Positions 38,771 through 50,204 of a stretch of 64,000 nucleotides of DNA are shown here, piece after piece. Source of the DNA: Antedon mediterranea (taxonomy: Eukaryota; Animalia; Echinodermata); the NCBI RefSeq assembly GCF_964355755.1, contig NC_092678.1:5596422-5660421 (forward strand), written 5' to 3'. Under the pieces are notes generated by a model. The model was not told where the DNA came from. It made no database searches and saw only the letters and a list, made by a program, of their open reading frames with translations. Within the stretch, counting starts at the first letter, position 1. Every line of letters starts with the position of its first letter. The position numbers and the translations under genes are program-made.

Positions 38771-39679
38771 TTACACTCTATGTTCATCTTCATTACGTCT
38801 TTGACCTCTTTGAATGTTTCTTATTTGAGGTCCAAGATTGGAAGCAAAGCAGCCTAGCATGCGCTTAAAACCATTTCTTAACTCTGAAATACGCCACCAA
38901 TATACAATAGGATTTAAAGCCGAATTCATCATAAGAAACGGTAACAAAATCTGATTCAAAGATTTTGTAAATGAGTTACAATGAGATGATGTAAGGAAAC
39001 ATATTGTCAATAACTGGGTTGGTATTAAACAGAAAAACAGTGAAAAAAGTAGAATACTAAATGTGATAAATACTGATCGTAATCTGGCCTGTCTAGCAGA
39101 TCTAGCAGTAGCTGATGCGAGTTGGTTAGTTTTATGTTTTAAGTAAATGTACATAAAGATATAAACAAATCCAATAATGATTGTCAAAATAAAACTCACA
39201 GAAAACACAACAATAAATTTAACTAGTGCTCCATGTTTTGAAAAAATATAACTAAGCCATAAAACTATTAATGTCCAAGCAAAAGTACACACTATTGCCA
39301 ATATATTTTTTGTAACAAATTGTTGGTATTTTATTGGAACAGCAATAGCTAGAAAGCGCTCCATACTCACAGAAAAAACAAATAATAATGAACAATTCAT
39401 CATAAATATCCCCACAAACACTATCGTACTATCTACATAATAAAATATCATTATAACTAAAGTGACAAGACAACTTAGTAAGTCAGCAACAGCTAAGTTC
39501 ACAAGCAAAACATTTGATTTCTTTCTTAGTTGTTGATTACAGCAGACAACTAAAATTATTAACAGGTTTTCTAACATTCCTGCAACTGTAATGATATACG
39601 TGAGATAGATACTAATTAGGCTTATTCTCAAGTCCATAAAGTCATAATGCTTGTGTTCATATTCAGAGTAATCTTGCAT
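38771..39679 (-). CDS. Class A GPCR, cluster copy 2, about 302 aa
   Basis: Same motifs as copy 1; likely start MQDY directly after the acceptor ttcttacag. Confidence 0.92.
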   Translation of the reverse strand: MQDYSEYEHKHYDFMDLRISLISIYLTYIITVAGMLENLLIILVVCCNQQLRKKSNVLLVNLAVADLLSCLVTLVIMIFYYVDSTIVFVGIFMMNCSLLFVFSVSMERFLAIAVPIKYQQFVTKNILAIVCTFAWTLIVLWLSYIFSKHGALVKFIVVFSVSFILTIIIGFVYIFMYIYLKHKTNQLASATARSARQARLRSVFITFSILLFSLFFCLIPTQLLTICFLTSSHCNSFTKSLNQILLPFLMMNSALNPIVYWWRISELRNGFKRMLGCFASNLGPQIRNIQRGQRRNEDEHRV

Positions 39680-40874
39680 TTCTGTAAGAAAATATATAAA
39701 ACAACAAATAGACTTTAACATTATTCCTTTAGTAAAAATAATTTAAATTAATATATAGTGTATTATTCTTCTCAATGTGCTTGACAGTAAAATTAAAATT
39801 ATGGATAATTTTAAATCAGGCTTAAACATTTGAACCACAGATACTGTAGATATTCAATTCATTTTCTTTATTTCGGATTGGACATCCATATACAAATTAT
39901 ACAAAAAACAAAAAGAGAAACTATGGTTTGAATCAGACTGATGAATTCTGTTCTTAAAACTATGTATAGAGTTTCTCCAATATTCATAGAATGAGGGAAC
40001 GTTATTCATTACAAACATCATATTATAGTAACAAAAGATTAAAATTTGGAGGCAATTCAATTGGATTATTTTTTATTATTTTACTAATTTTAGGCTATAG
40101 GTCAAAACTACAAGGTGGATCTTTTATTTTAAAACCACAAATAGATATATGGCCACCAAAGTCTCCATTACATTTTGGAGACAATCCTTTTACACAGGAA
40201 TGATGGCCAACTTGTGACTTTTTGTTGTTGCCAACTGAAATCATTTTTATGTGTCACTTTGGACTACACTTTAGCTTGTTATTTTAAACAAAAGAAAAGA
40301 AATTTTAATTTTGGAGGTGAGAATACTCGGAGAGAAGAATATAAGATATCCAAATAAATAAAATAGATATTTACCTATGCTAAGTTGGCTAGATCCAGTT
40401 TCATCAGTACAATTTAGTGACTTGTTAAAAGTTTATCTCTGCGGTATACTGTAATGTGCATTGTTAAAGTTTTTTTTTTTTTTTATGGTTACAGGTAAAC
40501 TTAATGTGTATCCGAAGCTGGTACTGGCTCTAGTGAGAATCAGTATTATAGGTCGTTATAATATTCTATGATAGGATATGACATTTCCTAGAATGTTACG
40601 ATTTCTAAGATACAATTACCACTAATAATAATTTTATATTGAGGGCAAGAAACTGTACAATTAAACAATGTGTACCAGCATAAATAACATTACTAATTTG
40701 TAATTTTGTAAAGTAAAGAGATGATAAGTTACATCACAATGTATAGCATAACACAGTGCTAGACAATGATACTACAACACTGGCTAATAATATTATCAGC
40801 GCATGTCCTTATAAGGGCACCTTGTTTTTACAATTTCTAGGAAAATAATTTGTTGAGAATTGTGTTTTTTAGTA

Positions 40875-41460
40875 TACTTTGTGACATTTAGACATTTTGT
40901 GCCATTAAGACAGTTGATTCCATTGGAAACTGTGTCAGTTGGATACATTGTACCATTAGACACTTGTAACATTTAAACATTTTGTGCCATTTTGAATGTA
41001 CTCATATTATTTTCATTTTAATTTGCAAAATAAAATTGAATCTTGAACACTTAGTGACATTGAGACACTTTGTGCCATTTGGACACTTTGTGACATTTAA
41101 ACACTTTGTGCCATTTAAATACTTTGTACCATTTAAATACTTTGTACCATTTGAACACTTTGTGCCATTTGGACACTTTGTGACCTTGGGACATTTGGAC
41201 ACTTTTTGCCATTTGGACACTTTTTGACCTTGGACACTGTCACATTTAGGCACTTTGTGACCTTGGGACATTTTGGACACTTTTTGCCATTTGGACACTT
41301 TTTGCCATTTGGACACTTTTTGCCATTTGGACACTTGACATTTAGACACTTTGTGTTCCTTGGTAAACTTTGTGACATTTAGACACGGTGTGACATTTAA
41401 ACACTCTGTCCCATTTAGACAAGGAAACTTTTACCTTTTTACCTTTTGGAAACTTTTGTA
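40875..41460. repeat. 18-bp minisatellite
   Basis: ttggacactttttgccat-like units; explains the repetitive ORFs at 40982-41378. Confidence 0.9.
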
Positions 41461-42750
41461 ATTTGAATTCTACATTGTAAAATGTCTGCAGATTTCAAAG
41501 AGTTTACTCGTATGATGTTAATTTATAAGATTAAATTACAATATAATAGTTCTATTGGTAGAGCCTGTTTAAGGGTAGTTAGTTGAAAGATGTATAGTAA
41601 TATTGATACATAACAGCAATGTACAGTGTACTGTAATATGTACAATGTTGAATTCATATCTTGAATTGTTAAACATTGAAAATGTACTTTAGCATTAGTT
41701 TGCATGAAATAGCTCTCAATGCAAGGCCATAGCAACCAGTACGGTTGGTAATGTTTCAGCTTGACCACTTTTTCACAGAGGACTTCCAGTTCCTTTTTCA
41801 TGCTACCATTGCACAACTTCTTCACATGGTCATGGCACTGGTGGTCCTAACTAATTACAATTTACACAACATAAACAAGATGAATGATATAGTTGCTATT
41901 TATTTTATTTATTTATTTCATAAACTTTCCAAAGAGCAAGCAAAAATGTACAAAAGTGCAAAAAAGGATTGATTAATAATTTTTTTTTAATACAAAAATC
42001 GTAAAGATTACATTCAAAAAGTGATTCTTAATAATTATATTAATTAATACACAAAACATAAAAGTAGTATTCCTGCAAACACAGATTACTTTGTGCCATT
42101 TGGACACTTACAATTAATTTGTATAGATAGGAAAGTACAACAGTTAAAAGTTGTGTAGCATTGATGTACATACTGTACAAATTAGTTAGATAAGTTTTAG
42201 ATAGATTTACACTGGAAAATAAAAATGTCAGTTTAAGGTACCCTTAATAAAAAATACATATTTATTAAGTAGGGTGAAATATTCTTAATTCATCCATCAA
42301 AACATAAATAAAAAAAAGTAGATTTATATATATATATTTCTAATGTACTTGCTAATTATGATATGGAATAAGAGAAAAAAGCTAGCTACAGCTTAAACTA
42401 ATACAACAACTGTAATCTGGCATTTGTGAACAAGTTTTATTCGTTGTTTATACTATGATTTTTATAAAATGATTTAAATAAAAGTATTGAAAGATTGTAA
42501 CATGTTGTAATTTCTAATTCAAGTTCAAAAGCCTTAATGACACTGACGCTAATACATTATTTTTAATTTATTTACTCATGGCTACCATTTATTAATATGC
42601 AACAATTTGTTTAAAAATTTACAGTCAGGCTTTAAATTATTAGTATGTATTATAAAGTAAAAGATTTCGTGGATAAAAGCGTTGTTTAATTGTCATTTAA
42701 AGTTTTACGTTTACAGATGTTATCTTATCAATTGTTTCATTTAGTGACTA

Positions 42751-43758
42751 TTACACTCTTTGTTCATTTTCATTACGTCTTTGACCTCTGTGAATGTTTC
42801 TTATTTGAGGTTCAGGATTAGAAGCGAAGCAGCATATCATGCGCTTAAATCCGTTTCTTAATTCTGGAATACGCCACCAATATACAATTGGATTCAAAGC
42901 AGAATTCATCATCAGAAGCGGTAAAAAAATCTGATAAAAAGACTCGGTAAATGAGTCACAAAAGTTTGACTTAAGAAAGCATATTGACAATAACTGGGTT
43001 GGTATTAAACAGAAAAACAGTGAAAAAAGTAGAATACTAAATGTGATAAAAACTGATCGTAATCTGGCCTTTTTAGCAGATCTAGCAGAAGCTGATTTGA
43101 TTTGATTAGTTTTACGTTTTAAAATAATATACATAGAAATATAAACAAATCCAACACTGATGGTCAATGTCAAACTCAAAATGAGCACAGGAATGTAAAA
43201 AAAAGTGTAGAAAGATGTAATGAAAAAATAGATTACTAAGCCTATTATTAAAATCCACATAAAAGTACATACTATTGCTAATTTATTTTTAGAAACAAAG
43301 TTTTGGAATTTTATTGGAACAGAAATAACTAGAAAACGTTCCATACTCACAATAAAAACAAACAATAGTGAACAATTCATGAAAATTATCCCCATAACTA
43401 CAATTGAACCATTTATAGGGGATTCATCATATAATGATATAAAAATTAAAGTAACAAGACAACTTAATATGTCAGCAACGGCCAAGTTAACAATCAAAAC
43501 ATTTGATTTCTTTCTTAGTTGTTGATTGCAGCAGACAACCAAAATAACCAACAGGTTTTCCAATATTCCTGCAGCCATAATGATATATGCGAACCAAGTA
43601 CTGATTGGACTTATTTTCATGTTCAAAAAGTGATAGTACTTGGGGAACTTCCATGAAGGGTAGTAAACATTCCATGAACTCTGGTAGGTCCATGAGAAAT
43701 CGAAATTGAAGTCGAAGTCAGAATCGAAGTAGAAACTGAAATCTGTTGCATTTTGCAT
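42751..43758 (-). CDS. Class A GPCR, cluster copy 3, about 335 aa
   Basis: Same motifs; start MQNA after the acceptor tttacag; F/D-rich N-terminus. Confidence 0.92.
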   Translation of the reverse strand: MQNATDFSFYFDSDFDFNFDFSWTYQSSWNVYYPSWKFPKYYHFLNMKISPISTWFAYIIMAAGILENLLVILVVCCNQQLRKKSNVLIVNLAVADILSCLVTLIFISLYDESPINGSIVVMGIIFMNCSLLFVFIVSMERFLVISVPIKFQNFVSKNKLAIVCTFMWILIIGLVIYFFITSFYTFFYIPVLILSLTLTISVGFVYISMYIILKRKTNQIKSASARSAKKARLRSVFITFSILLFSLFFCLIPTQLLSICFLKSNFCDSFTESFYQIFLPLLMMNSALNPIVYWWRIPELRNGFKRMICCFASNPEPQIRNIHRGQRRNENEQRV

Positions 43759-45697
43759 ATCTGTAAACAAATTGTGTAATTTTTAATATTTAAAAATAAG
43801 AAGACTTCAACATTTTTTAGAGATATTCTCTTACAGTATATCAACTACAGTTTTTCTTAGGATTTTTCTTATTTCTTTGTTTGTCAATAGGCGATACGCT
43901 CTTACAGCGTATACTATCTCTTCTTGTATTGTTGGAAACCTCTTCTCGTATAGTTTATGCAAGTGACTTTTTGGTTGATGTCACATATCCCAGTAAACAT
44001 ACTGATACATATCTTCATTAACAAAAGGTAAAAAAACATGGGGTACTTTGATTTTTGGTGATTAATTCAATAAAGTAGCAAAGATTAAGACATTGTGTAA
44101 TATAAACTTTTTACAACAAATAATTATAAAAATGATCTTTATCTGCAAAAGCTTTCCTAAAATTGTCAAAAGAACAAATTTATAATGGTAGATTACACTA
44201 GACAAATAATAGCTATCAATCATCAAAAATGTTAAAACTTAATATTGTATGATGTTAGACCAATTTTACATTATAGTATTATAACTAATTATAAATGCTC
44301 AAACTTACCCATGATAAAAGTTGTCTAGATCTAGATCAGAACGCCTTTTTTCAGTTTTCAATGATTTGATAACAAAACTTGACCAACAGTAGAGATAAAT
44401 TTTTTTTATCAGTGCTCTATGGTTAGAGATAGACAAACAGTGTTGGTGATAATACCAAATAAAGTAATGCCCCAGTGATAGTAATACTCTACAATAAAAT
44501 CACATTTTCTAGAATACTCTGATTTATATGATTCAATGACCAATTAGATTAGTAATTTATTGATAAAGAGAAACTGTGTATTTTGTAATAACACTATCAC
44601 TTTTCTTTTTTACCTTTATAGCTATACACTTATAATAGCAAAATACAAAATAAAATTTATGCTAACACATTTTCTTCCTAATTGATACTAAATTTAATGA
44701 GTTTATGTAGGTGTAATTGTGTTTTTGTTACTTTTATTGGTGCATGTGAAGTTTTTAATGTGTTCCTGGTTTTAATAGTTACTCTGATTTATAAGATTTA
44801 ATTACCAATTGGGATAGTAATTTATTTTTGAAGAGAAAACTGGGTATTCTGTAATAACTATCACTTGCTTTTCTCTTTAGCTTTTTGCTTATAACAAAAG
44901 AATGCTAATGAACTTATTCCTAATTAATTCTAAATTTAATGAGGTTTATGTAGTTGTAATTGTGTTTTTGTTTATTTTATTGGTGCATGTGAAATAATGT
45001 GTTACTGGTTAGTTCTTCCATGTTGTTGAAGCAAAATGTATTACTTCCCAAATCACCATAAAATCAACACAGATTCCAGATGCTATTTATTTATTTCATA
45101 AAACTCTTGATACAAATTCCATGACCAAAACCAAGATTTGTATTTAGATAATAAGAGCTTATTCAGAAGTTGCCATAATGTAAAGATTAAGATAATGGAA
45201 TAAATTGGAAAAAGGAATTGTATACTACAGCCTAAACTAATACCAACACCTTTGGTCTACCTAACAGTCACTTACTATATGTACAAAGTATTCTTATTTT
45301 GATAACATTGTTTTTTTTTAATAACATTTTTTGAATATTTTTATATAATGATTTAAAAGTATTGTAAGATTTTAAGACATCATTTATAAGTTCAAATGCC
45401 TTGCTCTCACCTCCAACAGATACCATTATATAACATTAAACTATTTGTTTGAAAATGTACAGTCCAACTTATTATTATTAGTAGTACAGTAGTATTATTT
45501 GTATATAAAGCAAAAAGTTATTTAAAATTATATTAAAAACATTGTAAATCATAATTTAAAGTTCTTTAACAATATAAAGATGTCTTATTTTCAGTATTTA
45601 GAATCTTTTTTCATCTTAATTATTGCTCTAGAAATTGTTAATTTTCCAGAACTTATCAATTGTTTTATTTGGTGACTTTGGTTTTATTTCTAGTCTA

Positions 45698-46702
45698 TTA
45701 CACGCTTTGTTCATCTTCATGACCTCTTTGAATGTTTCTTATTTGAGGTTCAGGATTGGAAGCGAAGCAGCATAGCACACGCTTAAAACCGTTTCTTAAC
45801 TCTGGAATACGCCACCAATATACAATGGGATTTAAAGCAGAATTCATCATAAGAAGTGGTAAAAAAATTTCATTCAAAGGCTTTGCAAAAGACTTACAAA
45901 TAGTTGATGTAAACAAACATTGCTAATAACTGGGTTGGTATTAAACAGAAGAACAGTGAAAAAAGTAGAATACTAAATGTAATAAATACTGATCGTAATC
46001 TGGCCTGTCTAGCAGATCTAGCAGAAGCTGATGCGAGTTGGTTAGTTTTACGTTTTAAAATAATGTACATAAAAATATAAACAAACCCAATAATGATGGT
46101 CAAAATAAAACTCACTATGAACACAGCATTATAGAATAAGTTGAATATAAAGAAAAGGGTTATTAAAATTGTTGTTGAAGTCCATATAAAAGTACATACT
46201 ATTGCCAGTCTCTTTTTTGTAACAAATTGTTGGTATTTTATCGGAACAGCAATAGCTAGAAAACGTTCCATACTCACAAAAAGAACAAATATCAGTGAAC
46301 AATTCATCATTATAATCCCCACAATTACAAAGACATGAGGCTCAAAAAAAATATTATTACAAAAATTAAATTCACAATACAACTTAGTAAGTCAGCAACT
46401 GCCAAGTTAACAATCAAAACGTTAGATTTCTTTCTTAGTTGATAATTGCAGCAGACAACCAAAATAACAAACAGGTTTTCAAATATTCCTGCAACCGTAA
46501 TGATACAGGTGAACCAACTGCTGATTGGATACTTGGACTTATCTACAGTCATACAGCAATCATCATACACACTGGGGTCCAATGAACTACTGTAGGAATC
46601 AAGCTGTATAGAACTGAAATTTCCATCACTTGTATCCATTTTTGCACTATAGGAGTAGGAATCAAGCTGTATAGAACTGAAATCTCCATCACTTGTATCC
46701 AT
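45698..46702 (-). pseudogene. Class A GPCR, cluster copy 4, two frameshifts
   Basis: Split across ORFs 46325-46747, 45894-46382 and 45698-45916; shifts at the A8 run near 46344-46351 and at about 45920. Confidence 0.85.
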
Positions 46703-47159
46703 TTTTGCTAGTTGTAACAGAATCTGTAAATATGATAATAGGCACATGAATTAAACATGAATATCTGTAAGAAAATATAGAATTGAATTAAAGTGTCAAA
46801 CTTGTTGTATCACTTAATAATAAAGTAAGATTTGTTGTTGCCTACTAGCAAACAACTGAAACTTTGTGGCAAAGCGATGACTACCATTTTCATACACTGT
46901 AAATTACCCTTGATAGGAATTGGTTATAGATCAATTCCACAATTAAAATATTGCCTTTTAAAAACATGGCTTACTAAAAGAAATAATAGCGTGCTTTTGC
47001 TATTTGAATGGTAGAAATACACTATTCTATGTTTGTGTTTTTGTTCCTTTTACTGGTACTGGTACTGGTTCAAATAACCGTCTCACAGAGACATCTGGTA
47101 GCCATTGACTTAAAGTTGGCATTTTGATAAACCATAAAAAATGATCTTATTATTTTGCT

Positions 47160-47759
47160 ACGTTTCATTTCATTTCATTATTTATTTGGTATATTTGAGT
47201 ATATACATAACAACAAAAAACTGAAATTGGGGAGACCAGGGTCAACCTAAGTGAACTGAATCACTGTAGCTGAGCCGGTTAACCCAACCTCAAAGTCAGT
47301 TTACACATAAAAGACAAAAGACAAAATACAGTTACAGCGAATCAAAATGAATATGAACTTTTCTAATGAAGGCTACTAGCATTGGCGGTAGCCTTGATCA
47401 CACTATTCTAGTCAAAATTTAAATTATATAAATCAAAGATGACAAGTAATTTGTTAGAAAGGGTTTTGTGACATTAGAGATTGACCTTTTTTAAAGTTTT
47501 AAAATCTAAAATATAAATGTCAACAGCAGACCCCAGACCTAGATTACATAATTTTAGAAAGAAAGAACAAAAGATGATATAAAACAAGCGTAAAATAGAC
47601 TGTCGAGTACAGTTTGTAAGTTTCTAGCGATAGTTAAATACATACATTTGGTAAAATAGAACAAATTTAATATTTACCACAAATTGGAATCAATCGGCTT
47701 TGCTTTAACAATACTTAATATTGTACTAATTCTAGAATAGTTGCTCCACCTTTTGCTTC
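47160..47759 (-). mobile_element. Decayed L2/Crack-like LINE 3' end, adjacent to LTR element 2
   Basis: Minus strand ends aataaa plus an (atgaa)n tail; remnant SFVLSF*NYVI*VWG resembles an ORF2 C-terminal motif. Confidence 0.45.
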
Positions 47760-48269
47760 TGTAGTGAATTTATCTTTTAGTTGGTTCCGAGCTTTCTCAG
47801 GCGTATATATATAACTCCACGCGACGTACACTGTCACTGAATGATAACTCATACAAAAAGTATATTTAACTCAACTAGAACTTTTATTCCTTGTAACTCG
47901 ATTAATACATCTTTCTACCACTACCAGTCAAGCCTTAATATATTCTTTATCATCTTTCCGTTTATCTACTCTGATCTTATTCTCTCTTCTCTTCCAATAT
48001 CTATTACATTCCACTTTTATACTGGACATGCAAATTTTAGGCTTCAGAGGAGGATAACATTTTCCCTCCAAAATGTATACGATTTTGATTGGCTAATAAT
48101 ATAAGGCGGACCTGGTCTAAAGCATCCTTCTCTAAACACAGAGAATCACAACATCAATAATATGACATTCCCCTTTTTGGGAAAAAGATTGTGTCAATCT
48201 TTCCAAAAATTTAACATTTAAAACCATTTTACTATAAACTATCAACAAATAACACCTCTATAATATTAT

Positions 48270-50204
48270 TTATGCACGGCTTAATCCATCTACATTTCCA
48301 TTTAATGATCCTTTCTTGTAAATAACTTTAAATTTATATCCTTGTAAAAACAGAGCCCATCTCATAAGTCTAACATTGGCACCCTTCATTGAGTCCATCC
48401 ATCTCAATGCCTGGTGGTCAGTATGAACTTGAAATTCACAACCATACAGATAATACTTAAGTTTATTGATAGCCCAAACAATAGAGAGGCACTCTTTTTC
48501 TGGCACAGAATATCTCTGCTCATGTACAGATAACTTTCTACTTAAATACACAATGGGATAATCATTACCCTCACCATCTATTTGGCTCAGCACTGCACCT
48601 ATGCCATAATTTGAGGCATCGGTTTGCAATATAAACATCTTATCAAAATTTGGGGCTTTTAATACATTATCATCAGTAAGTCGTTTCTTTAAAGTTACAA
48701 AGGCATTTTCACATTGTTCATTCCACTTAACGGTATTACTTTTACTCTTTAAAGTTAAATCAATCAATGGCTTAGCAATATCGGCATAGTTCTGTACAAA
48801 TTTTCTGTAATAGCCAGTTAATCCGAGAAATGATCGGACTTGTTTCTTAGACAAAGGTCTGGGGAACTTTTCCACAGCCTCAACCTTATCAATCATGGGT
48901 CTAATTTCTCCATTACCAATCTTATGCCCCAGAAATTCTACCTGTGCATAGACAATTTTACATTTCAAAGGCTTTGCTGGCAATCCAGCACTACTTAATC
49001 TTTCTAATACATCATTCAAATGAAAAATATGATCTTTCCAAGTTTGACTATAAATACATATGTCATCTATATATGCCTTAGCATATCCCTCAGTACCTTG
49101 TAATACCTTATCCATTAATCTTTGGAAAGTACTAGAACTATTTTGCATACCAAATGGAAGTACATTGTAACAATACTGTCCAAATTGTGTAATAAATGCT
49201 GATTTGTCTTTGGTCTTAGGATCCAGAGGCACCTGGTAAAATCTTTTAGTTAGATCTAACGTAGTTATGTATATTGCGGATGATACCTCATCCAACATTT
49301 CGTCTATGTGAGGCATAACATAAGGGTCAAATTGTGTAGTCTTATTTAGTGATCTAAAATCTGTCACCATTCTAATTTGATTCTGGCCTTTCTTCAGGGC
49401 AATAATAGGTGCAGCATAGGCACTAAATGTAGGTTCTATTATACCCATAGCCAACATACTATCTAATTCTTCTTTCAATTTACCCTTTAATGCTTGGGGC
49501 GTTCTATATGACCTATGCCTTATAGGCATTTCACCATTAGTCTTAATTTCATGTGTCACCAAGTGAGTTCTACCTGGTACATCCGAGAATACATTCTGTT
49601 GGTACTTTAACAATTCTGTTAATTGTTTAGTTTGTGTATCATTTAAATTACTACTAACGTTAACATCTCTCCATGTTTGTGATTGATGATAAGACAATCC
49701 TATGTCTATTTCACTATCTAACTCATTGTCATGGACTGTTTCATTTAAGTCTACTTCTTCTATCGATTGAACATTTGTTACTACATAATAACCATCTTTA
49801 CTTATTTCTACTTTATCATACCATCTCTTTAACATATTAACATGTAGAATTTGTTTTTCTTTTCTTCTACCTCCTATGTATATTTCATAATTTACATCAT
49901 TGACCTTTTTTGTAACAGTGAAGGGGCCTTGCCATTTACTGTCTAACTTACTATTTCCTATTGGAAGGAATATCAACACTTTGTCCCCTTCTACAAATTC
50001 TCTATCAATAGCATTCTTGTTATAATTGTGGGACATAATTTCTTGTTGTTCAAGTTTGTTTACATTAGCATCTTTCATTAATTCCTCCATTTTTTCTCTT
50101 ATGTCTAACATGTATTTGATAACATCAGTAGATGTTTCTTCATCTTCTACCCAATTACTTTTGAGTAAACTCAAGGGTCCCCTCACCTCTCTACCATAAA
50201 GCAA
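48270..50204 (-). CDS. Integrase C-terminus, reverse transcriptase and RNase H (element 2)
   Basis: KWQGPF (GPY/F), LDLTKRFYQ, LPFGMQNS, YIDD, QTDAS. Confidence 0.92.
   Translation of the reverse strand: MLYGREVRGPLSLLKSNWVEDEETSTDVIKYMLDIREKMEELMKDANVNKLEQQEIMSHNYNKNAIDREFVEGDKVLIFLPIGNSKLDSKWQGPFTVTKKVNDVNYEIYIGGRRKEKQILHVNMLKRWYDKVEISKDGYYVVTNVQSIEEVDLNETVHDNELDSEIDIGLSYHQSQTWRDVNVSSNLNDTQTKQLTELLKYQQNVFSDVPGRTHLVTHEIKTNGEMPIRHRSYRTPQALKGKLKEELDSMLAMGIIEPTFSAYAAPIIALKKGQNQIRMVTDFRSLNKTTQFDPYVMPHIDEMLDEVSSAIYITTLDLTKRFYQVPLDPKTKDKSAFITQFGQYCYNVLPFGMQNSSSTFQRLMDKVLQGTEGYAKAYIDDICIYSQTWKDHIFHLNDVLERLSSAGLPAKPLKCKIVYAQVEFLGHKIGNGEIRPMIDKVEAVEKFPRPLSKKQVRSFLGLTGYYRKFVQNYADIAKPLIDLTLKSKSNTVKWNEQCENAFVTLKKRLTDDNVLKAPNFDKMFILQTDASNYGIGAVLSQIDGEGNDYPIVYLSRKLSVHEQRYSVPEKECLSIVWAINKLKYYLYGCEFQVHTDHQALRWMDSMKGANVRLMRWALFLQGYKFKVIYKKGSLNGNVDGLSRA

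Noticed and set aside
40982-41378. Cys/Lys-rich repetitive ORFs in several frames
   Set aside because: By-product of an 18-bp minisatellite whose unit is divisible by 3; no other evidence for a gene
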